Source: Candidatus Levyibacteriota bacterium (GTDB lineage Bacteria; Patescibacteriota; Microgenomatia; Levybacterales; UBA12049). Taken from it: a stretch of DNA of 64,000 nucleotides. The stretch is from the NCBI GenBank assembly GCA_003152105.1, contig PLZJ01000002.1:172257-236256 (forward strand). Direction: 5' to 3'. The notes beneath the pieces are model-generated. The model saw only the letters and a list, made by a program, of their open reading frames with translations, was not told where the DNA came from and did no database searches. The translations under genes were made by a program, and so were the position numbers. The first letter of the stretch is position 1. Every line of letters begins with the position of its first letter. Shown piece after piece: positions 9,273 to 21,268 of the stretch.

Positions 9273-11939
9273 ATGAATCATTCTGCCCTAATTTCTGAAG
9301 AGAAAGTAAAAACCCCATTATTAATAATTGATCCCCTTGGAGAAATAGGAAAAATATTAACTGACAGAATAAAAAACGATTACCATGTTGTTTTTGTAAG
9401 CAAGCAGGAATTTGAACAGTCAAAAGACGTTGATAATATATTGTTAAAATACCATGAATCGTATATCCCAGATGTAGCTTATTCAGTAATGATTTTTATT
9501 TATCATGGTGATTTGCGAATGCTCGATATGATGCCAGCAATAACTAAGAAAGCATCTGAAAAAAACGCAAAACTGATTATCGTCAATACGACATCTCGAT
9601 TGGCTAATGTTGAAAGTAAAACTGTAAGAGTTTATTTAGGCGATGTTGTAGGAAGCGTGGATGAGATTGTAATTACAAGTGAGATTAATAAATTCTTAAT
9701 TCACGCAGCACTTCGAAAGAAAATAAAACTGCAAGGTAGCGGAATGCATATTCTTCACCCAGTTAACATTGATGATGTTATAGACCAATTATTGCTTCTC
9801 ATAAATAGCCCAAGAACTACAGGTGATTTTATGCTATCTCCTCAAATTGGAACCACTGAATTATCTGTTGCTCATTCAATAACGAAACAAGATCCAGAGG
9901 TTGGTATTGACTTTTATTCAGATAAGCTTATACCGCTTCCAAGGGCACAAAGAGGAGAATTTTTATTACCAAAAACCTATGACGGACAAGAGGCCGTAAA
10001 AAAAGCTTACAAGGATATTAAGAAAGTATTATCCACCCCAAAATTAAAAACATTTTTTTTAAAAAAAGTAAAACAACAATTGCATGAAAAGAAAATGCAA
10101 AAAAAGGTAAGTACTCGAATATATTTAGTGCGACAATTGTTTTTGTTTTTACTATATTTCTTGTTGCTACCACCATTGGTTGCTTTCATGTTAGCGCTTT
10201 TTGGGATTGGAACACTTTTACATGCAAAGGACGAGTTTTCTAAGGGAAATACTAATGTGCAACTTGATTTAAAAATTGCAACAAACTCTTTTGCATATGC
10301 AGAGAAATTTCTGGCCATTACCGAAGATACCTTATCTCTTTTCGGTGAAAATTTGATTGTAACTCCATATAAAAATCAATTAGAAATTGCTCAAGTAATA
10401 GGAAATGCGCTTGAAAAAACTCAATTATTATTCCCATCAAGTCGCAAGATGAGCCAAACTCAATTTACCGATGCATTATTATCGCTATCAAGAGGATTAG
10501 ACACAATAGAAATGTTGGAGGTTGAAGGAATTATTTCTCCTCAAATGATACAACCATTAATACAAAATGCTCCTCTTGTAAACTTATTTAAACTAACTCG
10601 TGATAATATACCTCAGTTAGTTGGTTATTCTGGAGAAAAAGATTATTTAGTTTTATTTCAAAATAATACGGAACTAAGACCAACAGGTGGATTTATAGGT
10701 TCATATGCAATCCTTAGTATGGATAGTGGCAAATTAAAAAATATTGTAGTGCATAATGTGTATGACGCAGATGGTCAGCTACATCAGCATGTTGAACCAC
10801 CGTGGCAGCTACGTAGATATATTCCAATACAGCATTTATTTTTAAGAGATATTAATTTTGATTTAGATTTTCCTACCTCAGCTCAAAAAGCCTCTGTTTT
10901 TTTACAGACTGAGACAGGTCAACATGTCGAGGGCGTGATAGGGGTAGATTTATCATTTGTCAAATCACTGCTTAGCGTAGTAGGCCCCATATATGTTCCT
11001 GAATATAATCAAACAGTAACACAAGACAATATGTTTCTGTTAACTGAAGAGCATGCTGAAAAAGATTCTTTCCCAGGTTCTACGCAAAAACAAGATTTCC
11101 TTAGTTCTTTATTAAATGCGATTCAATTAAAGTTGCAATCGCAAAAAACAATTAACTATCTTGGGCTATTGGAACAAATAAATAACGCATTAGTTGAAAA
11201 ACATTTATTACTAACAGTTTTGGATCCCTCTATTCAGCCCGGTTTGTCAATAAATGGCTATTCTGATTCAATAATTGATACTAGAATGCCAAGTCAAAAT
11301 ACGATATCTGACTTTTTAAGTATTAATGAAGCAAATTTAGGACTTAATAAAGTAAATTACTTTATTAAAAGAAAAGTTAAGCAGCAAGTTATTATCGATG
11401 ATCTAGGAAAGATTCATGAAACAATTACTATTGATTATAAAAATACTAGCGACGGAAGTTGGCCAGGAGGTATATATAAAAATTACCTGCGTCTAGTAAC
11501 TCCACAAGGAGCTACCATAACCAGTGTGGAAATAAATGGCATTAAACAAAACAATATACCCGCAATAACAGATTATCATATTTATGAAGAAAAAAATTTT
11601 AGGCCCCCACTAGGGTTTGAAGATGAACAAACAACTCAATATGGAAAAAACGTAATCGGATTTTTAGTTTCAGTTCCCGTACAAGGATTTACATCAATTA
11701 CTGTCTCTTATGATTTGGCACAGCATCTATCTCAAAATAATTCATCATTTTATTATGACGAAATAGTTTCTAAACAAGCGGGACTTGATAGCGATCCTTA
11801 TAATATAGCACTCACTTTCCCAAAATCTTTTCAATTATTCTCAGGTGACAATGCGGTCTTGTCAGGGGATAGCACATTAACATATGCATACCATTTAAAT
11901 AAAGATATACATTTACATTTCTCGTTTACTAAAAAATAA
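9273..11939 (+). CDS. DUF4012-containing membrane protein with degenerate epimerase-like N-terminus
   Basis: YLVLFQNNTELRPTGGFIGSY and YDADGQL motifs; central TM. Confidence 0.75.
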   Translation: MNHSALISEEKVKTPLLIIDPLGEIGKILTDRIKNDYHVVFVSKQEFEQSKDVDNILLKYHESYIPDVAYSVMIFIYHGDLRMLDMMPAITKKASEKNAKLIIVNTTSRLANVESKTVRVYLGDVVGSVDEIVITSEINKFLIHAALRKKIKLQGSGMHILHPVNIDDVIDQLLLLINSPRTTGDFMLSPQIGTTELSVAHSITKQDPEVGIDFYSDKLIPLPRAQRGEFLLPKTYDGQEAVKKAYKDIKKVLSTPKLKTFFLKKVKQQLHEKKMQKKVSTRIYLVRQLFLFLLYFLLLPPLVAFMLALFGIGTLLHAKDEFSKGNTNVQLDLKIATNSFAYAEKFLAITEDTLSLFGENLIVTPYKNQLEIAQVIGNALEKTQLLFPSSRKMSQTQFTDALLSLSRGLDTIEMLEVEGIISPQMIQPLIQNAPLVNLFKLTRDNIPQLVGYSGEKDYLVLFQNNTELRPTGGFIGSYAILSMDSGKLKNIVVHNVYDADGQLHQHVEPPWQLRRYIPIQHLFLRDINFDLDFPTSAQKASVFLQTETGQHVEGVIGVDLSFVKSLLSVVGPIYVPEYNQTVTQDNMFLLTEEHAEKDSFPGSTQKQDFLSSLLNAIQLKLQSQKTINYLGLLEQINNALVEKHLLLTVLDPSIQPGLSINGYSDSIIDTRMPSQNTISDFLSINEANLGLNKVNYFIKRKVKQQVIIDDLGKIHETITIDYKNTSDGSWPGGIYKNYLRLVTPQGATITSVEINGIKQNNIPAITDYHIYEEKNFRPPLGFEDEQTTQYGKNVIGFLVSVPVQGFTSITVSYDLAQHLSQNNSSFYYDEIVSKQAGLDSDPYNIALTFPKSFQLFSGDNAVLSGDSTLTYAYHLNKDIHLHFSFTKK

Positions 11940-12074
11940 GTATATTTTAAAAACTCTATAAATACAGTTTTTATTGCTCTGATAAAACCTAGTTTTTAGT
12001 TGCATTTATTATTCCATTTCGCATAAAATTTTCAGCTCGTTGAACCAAACAGTGTCATTTGTTAGAATAGGTTC

Positions 12075-14276
12075 ATGGACAAAGCTTATAATTTTGAAGA
12101 AGTAGAAAATAAACTATATCGTTTTTGGGAAAGTGAAGGGTTTTTTAAACCAGAAATAAATCCAAATGGAAAACCATTTAGTATAGTTTTACCTCCTCCA
12201 AATGTTACCGGTACATTGCATATGGGTCATGCCCTAATGCTTGTAATAGAAGATGTATTGGTTAGATATCATAGAATGAAAGGATATAAAACTCTTTGGT
12301 TACCAGGAACAGATCATGCCGCAATAGCAACTCATGCAAAAGTAGAAGCCGAGTTATGGAATACTCATAAGCAAAATAGATTTGATTTAGGGAGAGAAGT
12401 ATTTGTAAGAATGGTAGAGGAATTTGCGCAAAATAGTCACGACACAATTGCAAATCAAATTCGTCACATGGGAGCTTCAGTAGATTGGACTAGGGAAGCA
12501 TACACGCTCGATGAGGAAAGAAATCATGCAGTTAGAGTAGCATTTAAAAAGATGTTTGACGAAGGATTAATTTATAGAGGGGCCAAGATTGTAAATTGGG
12601 ATCCTAGAATGCAAACCACAGTTTCAGATGACGAAGTGGAATGGAAAGAAAAGGAATCAGAATTCTATTACTTACAATACGGACCGTTTGTAATAGGTAC
12701 TGCAAGACCCGAAACTAAATTTGGAGATAAATATGTAGTCATGCACCCTAAAGATAAAAGATATACAAAATATATTCATGGGGACAAAATTGAACTTGAA
12801 TGGATAAATGGAAAAATCACTGCAACAATTATTAAAGACGATTCTATAGATATGGAATTTGGCACTGGTGTAATGACAATAACTCCTTGGCATGACAGAC
12901 TAGATTTCGACATTGCGGAAAAACATGGATTAGATAAGGAGCAGATAATTGATTTTAACGGCAAGTTGTTGCCGATCGCAGGGGAATTTAAGGGCTTACA
13001 TATAAAAAAAGCACGTCCACTAATTGTCGAAAAACTAAAAGCAAAAAACCTTTTGGTAAAGGTCGACCAAAAATATATTCATAACATAGCTACAAATTCT
13101 CGCGGAGGAGAAATTATTGAACCGCAAGTAAAAGAACAATGGTTTATTTCGGTTACTAAGGAATTTCCAATGGGGCATTCAGAGCTTAAAGGAATTAAGA
13201 AAGGTGAAATGGTAACCCTTAAGCAATTAATGATGCATGTTGTACAAAGTGAACAAATCACTTTCACACCCAATAATTTTATCAAAACATATTATAGATG
13301 GATTGAGAATTTAAGAGATTGGTGTATTTCACGCCAAATTTGGTACGGACACAGAATCCCTGTCTGGTATAAAGGTACCCAAGTGTACTGCGATATCGTT
13401 CCACCTAAAGAAGAAGGCTGGAAACAAGATCCTGACACTTTAGATACATGGTTTTCGTCGGGTATTTGGACATTTTCATCAATGGGTTGGCCAAATGAAA
13501 CAAAGGATCTAAAAGAATTTCATCCAACATCTGTTCTTGAAACTGGCTATGACATTTTATTTTTCTGGGTAGCAAGGATGATTTTAATGACAACATATTT
13601 AAGAGGAGAAATACCATTTAAGAAAGTATTATTAAATGGATTAGTTAGGGATGCACAAAAACAAAAAATGAGTAAAAGCAAAGGAAATATAATTAATCCT
13701 TTAGATTATGCAAAAGTATATGGTACTGATGCACTTCGAATTGCATTAATTTTTTCAACAGCTGCAGGTAATGATATTGCTTTGTCTGAAGATAGAGTTC
13801 GTGGAATGAAGTACTTTTCTAATAAGTTATGGAATATTGCTAGGTTTGTTTCCATGCATGAAGTTGTAGATGAAATAGACGCGAAATCATTAGATGAATT
13901 GATTGATCATATTGGAGGAGAACAAAAACTACAAGCTGCTGATAGGCAAATTATAGATATTCTGAAAAAAACAGCTTCATCTGTGTCAGAAAATATAGAA
14001 AGCTTTAGACTACATGAAGCTACACAAACACTTTATCAGTTTGTATGGCACGATTTTGCAGATAAATATATTGAGCAAATCAAAAAATCATTTGAAGGTG
14101 CTGAAAAGCCTACCGAAAATACGTACCCTCAATATCAAATTGCAAAACTTATTCTCATTGACACATTAAAGCTACTTCATCCCTTCATGCCATATATTAC
14201 AGAGGAAATATATTTAAAAATACCTGGACATGGTCAATCAATAATGATTTCCGCATGGCCAAATGCATATAAATAG
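12075..14276 (+). CDS. valS: Valine--tRNA ligase (compact form)
   Basis: PPPNVTGTLHMGHA, DWCISRQIW and KMSKSKGN motifs. Confidence 0.97.
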   Translation: MDKAYNFEEVENKLYRFWESEGFFKPEINPNGKPFSIVLPPPNVTGTLHMGHALMLVIEDVLVRYHRMKGYKTLWLPGTDHAAIATHAKVEAELWNTHKQNRFDLGREVFVRMVEEFAQNSHDTIANQIRHMGASVDWTREAYTLDEERNHAVRVAFKKMFDEGLIYRGAKIVNWDPRMQTTVSDDEVEWKEKESEFYYLQYGPFVIGTARPETKFGDKYVVMHPKDKRYTKYIHGDKIELEWINGKITATIIKDDSIDMEFGTGVMTITPWHDRLDFDIAEKHGLDKEQIIDFNGKLLPIAGEFKGLHIKKARPLIVEKLKAKNLLVKVDQKYIHNIATNSRGGEIIEPQVKEQWFISVTKEFPMGHSELKGIKKGEMVTLKQLMMHVVQSEQITFTPNNFIKTYYRWIENLRDWCISRQIWYGHRIPVWYKGTQVYCDIVPPKEEGWKQDPDTLDTWFSSGIWTFSSMGWPNETKDLKEFHPTSVLETGYDILFFWVARMILMTTYLRGEIPFKKVLLNGLVRDAQKQKMSKSKGNIINPLDYAKVYGTDALRIALIFSTAAGNDIALSEDRVRGMKYFSNKLWNIARFVSMHEVVDEIDAKSLDELIDHIGGEQKLQAADRQIIDILKKTASSVSENIESFRLHEATQTLYQFVWHDFADKYIEQIKKSFEGAEKPTENTYPQYQIAKLILIDTLKLLHPFMPYITEEIYLKIPGHGQSIMISAWPNAYK

Positions 14277-14287
14277 GAATTATTACA

Positions 14288-14755
14288 ATGGCAAAAAGAT
14301 CCAAAAAACCCAAAGTTATAAAGAAGTTTAAAAATATACCTAAGAAAACTAAAGAAAAGGTGGTATTTCAAAGAAAAAGAGAATTCCCGAGTATTTCCCG
14401 ATTTATTCCCGAATTCACGTTTAGGTTCAAAAGAAACGATTCCTTGCCGGGAAATAGCATAAGACTTATTTTTGCTATCGTAATAGTAGCAATAGTGACA
14501 GAGGGTATTCATTTATTTATTGATTTGCGTAACGTAAAAGTTACCGCAGATGATTCGATTACCTTTGCTAAACAAGCTGCGTATTGGCAAATGACTGAGA
14601 AGAAATACCCAAATTATAGAGATGGTTATTTCCAATTAGCTTTACTTGCTTATAGGGTAGGAGATAACCAAAAAGCAAATGAATATTTACAACAAGTAGA
14701 AACGTTGGATCCAAATTTTGAGGGCGTACAGCTATTAAGATCGTATATAAGATAG
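14288..14755 (+). CDS. Membrane-anchored TPR-like protein
   Basis: One TM followed by YPNYRDGYFQLA...LDPNF, a TPR-like segment. Confidence 0.6.
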   Translation: MAKRSKKPKVIKKFKNIPKKTKEKVVFQRKREFPSISRFIPEFTFRFKRNDSLPGNSIRLIFAIVIVAIVTEGIHLFIDLRNVKVTADDSITFAKQAAYWQMTEKKYPNYRDGYFQLALLAYRVGDNQKANEYLQQVETLDPNFEGVQLLRSYIR

Positions 14756-15460
14756 CTATTCTTTTGGTTTTTCTTCCGAATTATTGTCTTCAGTTTTTTG
14801 TTCTTCTTTTTCTTTAGTCACTTCTTGTCCTTCTGATTCAGCTCCTTCTTCCTTAGCTGCTTCAGAAGCTGCTGCTTCTTCGGCTGCTTGCTCTTCAGCT
14901 TCTTTTGAAACCAGTTCTGTGATTTTAACTACTGATTGATTAGGGTCAGTAAGAATTACTACACCGCTCGGTGTTTTTAATTCTTCAACTGGAATATATT
15001 CGTCAACTTCAGCGAGTTCAGTAATGTCGACTTCTATTTTTTCAGGTAGATCTTGAGGAAGTGCTTCAACTTCGACTTCTGAAAGCATTTGTTGAACTAA
15101 CCCAACTCTGTCGGTGACTGCCTGAGCTTCCCCAACTAATAGAATTGGAACAGAGGTTTTAATTTTCTCTTTAAGATTTACTTTAAAGAAGTCAGCATGA
15201 AGTATTTCGTCTCGAAGGTAATCTTTTGCAACATTATGTATTAAAACAGTTAGAGATTTGCCATTTAAATCAAGATCAATTAGTCCCGTTTCTCCTACTT
15301 GTTTATATACGGGAAGAAATTCTTTCTTCTCTACTTGTACTGGTGTCGAATCTATGTCTTTGCCATAAACGTTACCGGGCAAAATTCCTTCTCTTCGTAA
15401 TTGCTTTACTTTTTTACCAAATATTTCTCTTTTTGCTACCTTAAGGGAGGGGTTTTTCAT
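14756..15460 (-). CDS. rplY: 50S ribosomal protein L25/Ctc
   Basis: LRREGILPGNVYG and ILHADF motifs; acidic tail. Confidence 0.95.
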   Translation of the reverse strand: MKNPSLKVAKREIFGKKVKQLRREGILPGNVYGKDIDSTPVQVEKKEFLPVYKQVGETGLIDLDLNGKSLTVLIHNVAKDYLRDEILHADFFKVNLKEKIKTSVPILLVGEAQAVTDRVGLVQQMLSEVEVEALPQDLPEKIEVDITELAEVDEYIPVEELKTPSGVVILTDPNQSVVKITELVSKEAEEQAAEEAAASEAAKEEGAESEGQEVTKEKEEQKTEDNNSEEKPKE

Positions 15461-15515
15461 TTAGTCATTCTACCATAGATTTTGCAGCAAAACAAATGCA
15501 GAGTATAATGCTTAT

Positions 15516-15989
15516 ATGAGAATCATTGGTATTGATCCTGGAATTGCGAGGACGGGTTGGGGAATAGTCGATAAGGAAAAAAATATAATTAAAGCTGTCG
15601 CGTATGGTTGTTTTGAAACCTCGCAAAAAGACAGTCTCGAAGAAAGGTTATTAGCTTTATATGAAGGCATGTTATCTTTAATGGATAAATTCTCGCCAGA
15701 AGTAGTATCTGTAGAAGAATTATTTTTTAATACAAACGCTAAAACTGCCTTAATTGTAGGTCACGCAAGGGGAGTGATAATGCTTGCTGCAGCTAAAAAA
15801 AAATTACCAATTGCAGTTTATACTCCTCTTCAGGTAAAAATTGCAGTAACAGGGTACGGAAGAGCAGAAAAAAAGCAGGTTGGACAAATGATAAAAACAT
15901 TACTTAAATTATCAGAAGTACCAAAACTTGATGATACATCGGATGCTTTGGCAATTGGATTAACGCATGCATTCACAATGAAAATGTAG
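15516..15989 (+). CDS. ruvC: Holliday junction resolvase
   Basis: IIGIDPG, GHARGV, TGYGRAEK and DDTSDALA motifs. Confidence 0.97.
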   Translation: MRIIGIDPGIARTGWGIVDKEKNIIKAVAYGCFETSQKDSLEERLLALYEGMLSLMDKFSPEVVSVEELFFNTNAKTALIVGHARGVIMLAAAKKKLPIAVYTPLQVKIAVTGYGRAEKKQVGQMIKTLLKLSEVPKLDDTSDALAIGLTHAFTMKM

Positions 15990-16018
15990 ATAGTAAAACA
16001 TGCTATAATACGCCTTGC

Positions 16019-16591
16019 ATGATCGGTCTGCTCAGAGGAACAATAATTCATCGTTTTGACCCCAATATTATTATTGATGTTAATGGGGTAGGCTATAAGG
16101 TATTTGCATCGCATGGTGTGCTTTCTCAAAGTACCACGCCCGAACAAATCATTACGATTTATACCTACACGCATGTAAGAGAAGATACATTAGAACTTTT
16201 TGGTTTTTTAACTCACCCAGATTTATTATTATTTGAACAGTTATTGAGTGTTTCAGGAATTGGCCCAAAAACAGCGATTGCGGTATTTTCAATTGGCGAC
16301 CGAGACGCAATACTAAATGCAATTTCAAGTGGAAATATAACATTTTTTACTACCGTACCAAGATTGGGAACTAAAAATGCTCAAAAAATAATTATTGAAT
16401 TAAAAGGAAAAGTTGATTTGACATCTTCTGTAATGAACAATAGTAATTCAGAGCTAATAGTAGCACTTCAATCATTTGGTTTTTCAATGAAGGAAATTCA
16501 ACATGCACTTTCTTCGATTGAACAAAGTGCACAAATGCCGCAAGATATGCCTTCTCAAATTAAACTTGTATTAAAATATTTAGGGAAGTAA
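16019..16591 (+). CDS. ruvA: Holliday junction branch migration protein
   Basis: VNGVGY, HVRED and VSGIGPK motifs. Confidence 0.97.
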   Translation: MIGLLRGTIIHRFDPNIIIDVNGVGYKVFASHGVLSQSTTPEQIITIYTYTHVREDTLELFGFLTHPDLLLFEQLLSVSGIGPKTAIAVFSIGDRDAILNAISSGNITFFTTVPRLGTKNAQKIIIELKGKVDLTSSVMNNSNSELIVALQSFGFSMKEIQHALSSIEQSAQMPQDMPSQIKLVLKYLGK

Positions 16592-16592
16592 T

Positions 16593-17630
16593 ATGTCGAA
16601 CAAAATAAATGTAACTACGAATCATATTGAAGAAATAATTCCTGAAGAAGAAGCTGTTTTTAACTCTCTTCGTGCTTCAGATTGGGAGGAGTTTTACGGG
16701 CAGGATAAAATAAAAGAAGCTTTACGTATTGCTATTGATGCAGCAAAGAAACGAGAGGAAGCACTGGAGCATATTTTACTTTATGGTCCTCCAGGTCTTG
16801 GTAAAACTACGTTGTCACATCTTATTGCAAAAGAAATGGGTAGCAATATAAGAGTAACTTCTGGTCCAGCAATTGAACGAACAGGGGATTTGGCTTCAAT
16901 TCTTACAAACCTAGAAAAAGGAGATATCTTATTTATTGATGAAATACATAGAATGAATAGGGTAGTGGAGGAAACTCTTTATCCTGCCATGGAAGATTAT
17001 GCGCTAGATATAATAATAGGTAAAGGACCATCAGCTAGAACATTAAGGCTTGATTTGCCACAATTTACAATTATAGGAGCTACAACAAGAGTTGGAATGT
17101 TATCTGCACCACTAAGAGATAGATTTGGAGTAGTACATAGGTTAGATTTTTATAACTCAAAAGACCTAGAAATAGTTGTTCGCAATGCAGCAAAGAAGCT
17201 TAATATAACTATTGATAAAGAAAGTATAACAATGATTGCAAGAAGAGGAAGGGGTACTCCGAGAATAGCATTAAAATTGTTAAAACGAGCACGAGATTTT
17301 GCTCAAGTAAAAGGAAAGGGAGTTATCACAAATCAACTTGCAAATGAAGCATTATCTTTACTAGATATCGATACATTGGGATTAGATGGATCAGATAGAA
17401 GATTTTTATTTTCTATAATCGATAAACATAAAGGAGGGCCGGTTGGCATAGAAACAATCGCATCTACAATCTCTGAAGATATTGAAACTTTAGAAGATGT
17501 GATAGAACCTTATTTATTGCAACTAGGATTTTTAAAACGAACAAGTCGAGGGAGAATAGTTACAGATCTAGCATACCAACATTTAGGCATTAAACAACTA
17601 AGTGGCAAAGACCAGCAATCATTGTTGTAA
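16593..17630 (+). CDS. ruvB: Holliday junction branch migration ATPase
   Basis: [17 protein letters not shown] and RGTPRIA motifs. Confidence 0.98.
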   Translation: MSNKINVTTNHIEEIIPEEEAVFNSLRASDWEEFYGQDKIKEALRIAIDAAKKREEALEHILLYGPPGLGKTTLSHLIAKEMGSNIRVTSGPAIERTGDLASILTNLEKGDILFIDEIHRMNRVVEETLYPAMEDYALDIIIGKGPSARTLRLDLPQFTIIGATTRVGMLSAPLRDRFGVVHRLDFYNSKDLEIVVRNAAKKLNITIDKESITMIARRGRGTPRIALKLLKRARDFAQVKGKGVITNQLANEALSLLDIDTLGLDGSDRRFLFSIIDKHKGGPVGIETIASTISEDIETLEDVIEPYLLQLGFLKRTSRGRIVTDLAYQHLGIKQLSGKDQQSLL

Positions 17631-19355
17631 GGCAACTGGACACTTGGCTTGCAATTCTCCAACATAATAAGAGCTTAAAGAATCATTTTCTTGTTGAAGT
17701 AAATTTATATATATAGATAATGCCTGACAGTTGTTACTGTCGATATTTAATAGTCTTTTAAGTGCCTCTATTTCTGTATGTTTCCAATCCAATAGTTGAA
17801 AAACATTAATATATTGCGCAAGATCTTGTATAGATAAATCGCTTTGAAAGCGAAAAGAAGATTGAGAAATGGTATGGCCTGTTATTAGATTATGATTTTC
17901 TTGATTATTTTTGACCAATATAATTGAAAAGGAATCAAGATATACAATTTTCCAATCATTATTTACTGAAATATTTTTCAAAAACTGTTGCGCCCAAGGA
18001 GTTTGGTCAGTGTGAGAGAAAAATATACTATTAAAATTATACTTATTGTTTTGACTTGCAAAAAGTAATGGATTTTGAAGCATAGGAATATAAATATTTT
18101 CAAAAAACGATGCTGGAAAAGCTTCGGGGCGACCATCAATAAATACTCGTTGCTTTGGATATAGTCTATATTCTAAGTAACTTCCTATGTCAAAATTATT
18201 TAAAAGTGGCCCCTGTATTTTGTTTTCTTGATAAAAGCTTACTCCTTCGGCAGCTCCTTTAATTGACCCAAAGCCCAGACCATTTTTAGCTAAACTAGTA
18301 TGCATTGTGCTATACGTGAGGATACTGATGAGTAGTACGATAAACGTCAAAAAATATATATTATTTCTATATTTATTGCTAACATTTCCATATAAAATAT
18401 CAAGAGCTCTGCAAAAAGATATAAACGTAGTAAATACGAACAAAGGAAAATTGCGGATAGCCATTGCCGCTCCGATAGAAAATAAAATAAGCAAAAACCA
18501 ATCTATGGCTCTAGTTTTTTTCCAAGTGATAAGTAGTAATGAAATTAGAAAAGCCACACTTAATTTAAAAAACAACACAGTTTGTAGGTGAAAAAGAGAA
18601 TCTAAGAAAAAAATGTTTTGATTTTCTTCTAGAGAATACCCATAATTGTTAAATACATTTAATGGAAATAGTGCTCCAGATATGCCATTTGGATTACAAA
18701 GAGTAACTATAATGCAGCAAGACCCAACAATCAGTAGTCTTTTAATTTTTTTCGACATTATTATTTTTTTAGTTACTATTTCATCAGCGAGAAATAAACA
18801 TACTAAAGCAATGCCAACAGGATAGTATATATGCATGTTTGTCCATAAAAATTCAATTACAGGTAGTAGGTAAATCCAATTCGTCATCTTCTCTCGATTT
18901 TTAAATAGAATAATCATAAAAATCGAAACAAATAAGAAACTAAAAATTTCTGGACGTATATCCGTTCTTTCAAGGAGTATTTGGAGATAAAGAAAAGCAG
19001 TTAATAAACATATGAACGGATTATATTTTTTAATCGAAAAATAAAAAATAATTCCAAATGCAATACAAGCAGTAATTGTGGAAAATAAAAGAAGTCCATT
19101 TAAACCTAAGAATAAGGTAATAAAATAGTAAAATACTTCCGATAGCCAATGAGTATTTATAAACGGGTAGTTAGGATATGTATAAGAAAATAAATTTATT
19201 TTGGGGACACTTCCATTTGAGGATATTATTTTGCCCAGTAATAAATGTCTACCCAAATCTTGATTAAGCGCGTTAATTGGGTGGAAAAATATTACAAATA
19301 GTAATCCAGAAGCAATAATTATTGTGGTAAATCGTAATAAAAATATGTATTTCAT
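17619..19355 (-). CDS. Multi-pass membrane protein, GT-C glycosyltransferase-like
   Basis: DLGRHL..G, W.NMH, NPNG and VFIDGRPE motifs; many TM helices. Confidence 0.6.
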   Translation of the reverse strand: MKYIFLLRFTTIIIASGLLFVIFFHPINALNQDLGRHLLLGKIISSNGSVPKINLFSYTYPNYPFINTHWLSEVFYYFITLFLGLNGLLLFSTITACIAFGIIFYFSIKKYNPFICLLTAFLYLQILLERTDIRPEIFSFLFVSIFMIILFKNREKMTNWIYLLPVIEFLWTNMHIYYPVGIALVCLFLADEIVTKKIIMSKKIKRLLIVGSCCIIVTLCNPNGISGALFPLNVFNNYGYSLEENQNIFFLDSLFHLQTVLFFKLSVAFLISLLLITWKKTRAIDWFLLILFSIGAAMAIRNFPLFVFTTFISFCRALDILYGNVSNKYRNNIYFLTFIVLLISILTYSTMHTSLAKNGLGFGSIKGAAEGVSFYQENKIQGPLLNNFDIGSYLEYRLYPKQRVFIDGRPEAFPASFFENIYIPMLQNPLLFASQNNKYNFNSIFFSHTDQTPWAQQFLKNISVNNDWKIVYLDSFSIILVKNNQENHNLITGHTISQSSFRFQSDLSIQDLAQYINVFQLLDWKHTEIEALKRLLNIDSNNCQALSIYINLLQQENDSLSSYYVGELQAKCPVALQQ

Positions 19356-19485
19356 TTAGAAAAGAACTATTTTATTAATAGGCATTTAATGTTTGGTATG
19401 TATTTGATTATAAATTTTAGTATATTTTTAATCAATCCATGCAAATTGATATTTCATAAGAACCCTGTGCTACAATAGCTCCTAT

Positions 19486-21243
19486 ATGGATCAAGTCGAT
19501 CAAATTAGAGAAAAAACTGATATTGTAGCGCTGCTATCAGAATACTTAGAATTAAAACAAGCAGGTCGAAATTTTAAGACGACTTGTCCATTTCATCACG
19601 AAAAGTCACCTTCATTTGTAGTGTCTCCTGAAAGACAAATATGGCATTGTTTTGGTTGTAATAAGGGGGGAGATGTATTTACTTTTCTTATGGAATATGA
19701 ACAAATGGAATTTCCAGAAGCTCTTCGTTTCTTAGCTAAAAAGGCTGGTATAGAATTAAAATCAAGTGAAAGATCTAATATCGTTACGACTAAAAAAGAA
19801 ATATTATATGGATTAAATTATTTGGCTGCAGAGTTTTATCACTATTTACTAACAAAACATAAAATTGGAAAAGAAGCATTGTCATATTTGACCAATACGC
19901 GTAATTTAAACCCTAAAATTATTGAAACATTTAAGCTGGGATTTGCTCCATCTTCAGGTAACGCTTTGACTCGATTTCTTCTCGGAAAAAAGGGATATAG
20001 CGAAATCGATCTAATTGAAGCTGGACTTGCATATAGAAGAGGTCGAGATGTTTATGATTTCTTTTTTGGTAGATTAATGTTTCCATTAATTGATGCAAGA
20101 GATAATATAGTAGGATTTTCTGCAAGAGGACTAACCAACGAATCCATGCCAAAATATCTTAACACAAGAGATACTCTTATTTATAATAAAAGTAATCAAT
20201 TATTTGGCATTAACATTGCAAAGAAAGAGATAAAAAGTAAAAATCAAGCAATTTTAGTTGAAGGTGAATTTGATGTGTTATCGTTATTTCAACATGGGAT
20301 AGGGAATGTGGTAGGAATTAAAGGTACTGCTTTAACAGAGTCGCAATTAATATTGCTAAAAAGATTTTGTTCAAAGATTACTCTTTCATTAGATAAGGAT
20401 TCAGCAGGACAGCAAGCTATGTTAAGAAGTATACCTCTTATCGAAAAACAAGAGTTATTAGCAAGCGTAGTGGTTTTTGATAATGCAAAAGATCCAGACG
20501 AGGCTGTAAGAACCGATGAATACCAGGTAAAAGATGCCCTAAAACACGACGAAGATATCTATGAATATTTACTCAACCAAGCGATACAAAAATATGATGT
20601 CAAAACCCCTCAGGGCAAATCAGCAATAACTAAGATGGTATTGCCTCTTTTTGCTGGAATAAGAAACGAGATAGTTAAAGAACATTTTGTTAGAAAATTG
20701 GGCGAAGCACTAAATACTTCATATGAAAGTATAAATCGCGAAATGGCAAAATATAAAAAGGAAGAAAAATCAATACCTTCTAATGCAAAGGTTGTTGCTA
20801 AAAGAAAAAGAGAAGAATTACTCGAGGAATACATATTTTCTCTTTTAGTTCAAGGAAATAATCCTAGTCAGTTATTTATAAGACTAGAGCCAATTCTTAT
20901 GGGGTATGAGTTTAGTATTGCATCGCATTCTCGATTTTACTCCTTACTAAATGAATATTTTACTAAAACTAAGTATGTAGACCTAAAGCTATTTGTAAAT
21001 ACTCTACCTGAAGAAATGAAACAATTATTTGATATTTGTTATATTGCACCTCTTCCGACATTCCAAAGCGATATATTATATGAAAATGAATGTCTTAATA
21101 AGGCAATGGAACTAAAAAAATTATTTTTGCGTCAGCAGATTAGTATGAGCAAAGATAGTGATCTTTTAGATAAGTTACAACAAGAATATATTCAAATCGA
21201 TAAGGAGTTAAAAAGTAAATATTCTCGTTTAGCTTCCAATTGA
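19486..21243 (+). CDS. dnaG: DNA primase
   Basis: [15 protein letters not shown] zinc finger, KYLNT and VEGEFD TOPRIM motifs. Confidence 0.97.
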   Translation: MDQVDQIREKTDIVALLSEYLELKQAGRNFKTTCPFHHEKSPSFVVSPERQIWHCFGCNKGGDVFTFLMEYEQMEFPEALRFLAKKAGIELKSSERSNIVTTKKEILYGLNYLAAEFYHYLLTKHKIGKEALSYLTNTRNLNPKIIETFKLGFAPSSGNALTRFLLGKKGYSEIDLIEAGLAYRRGRDVYDFFFGRLMFPLIDARDNIVGFSARGLTNESMPKYLNTRDTLIYNKSNQLFGINIAKKEIKSKNQAILVEGEFDVLSLFQHGIGNVVGIKGTALTESQLILLKRFCSKITLSLDKDSAGQQAMLRSIPLIEKQELLASVVVFDNAKDPDEAVRTDEYQVKDALKHDEDIYEYLLNQAIQKYDVKTPQGKSAITKMVLPLFAGIRNEIVKEHFVRKLGEALNTSYESINREMAKYKKEEKSIPSNAKVVAKRKREELLEEYIFSLLVQGNNPSQLFIRLEPILMGYEFSIASHSRFYSLLNEYFTKTKYVDLKLFVNTLPEEMKQLFDICYIAPLPTFQSDILYENECLNKAMELKKLFLRQQISMSKDSDLLDKLQQEYIQIDKELKSKYSRLASN

Positions 21244-21268
21244 ACTTCATTTTTGGTATAATACATAC

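Noticed and set aside
12075-14276. ValS appears truncated (733 aa)
   Set aside because: HIGH and KMSKS motifs and the anticodon-binding region are intact; compact forms lacking the C-terminal coiled coil are, as I recall, common in CPR.
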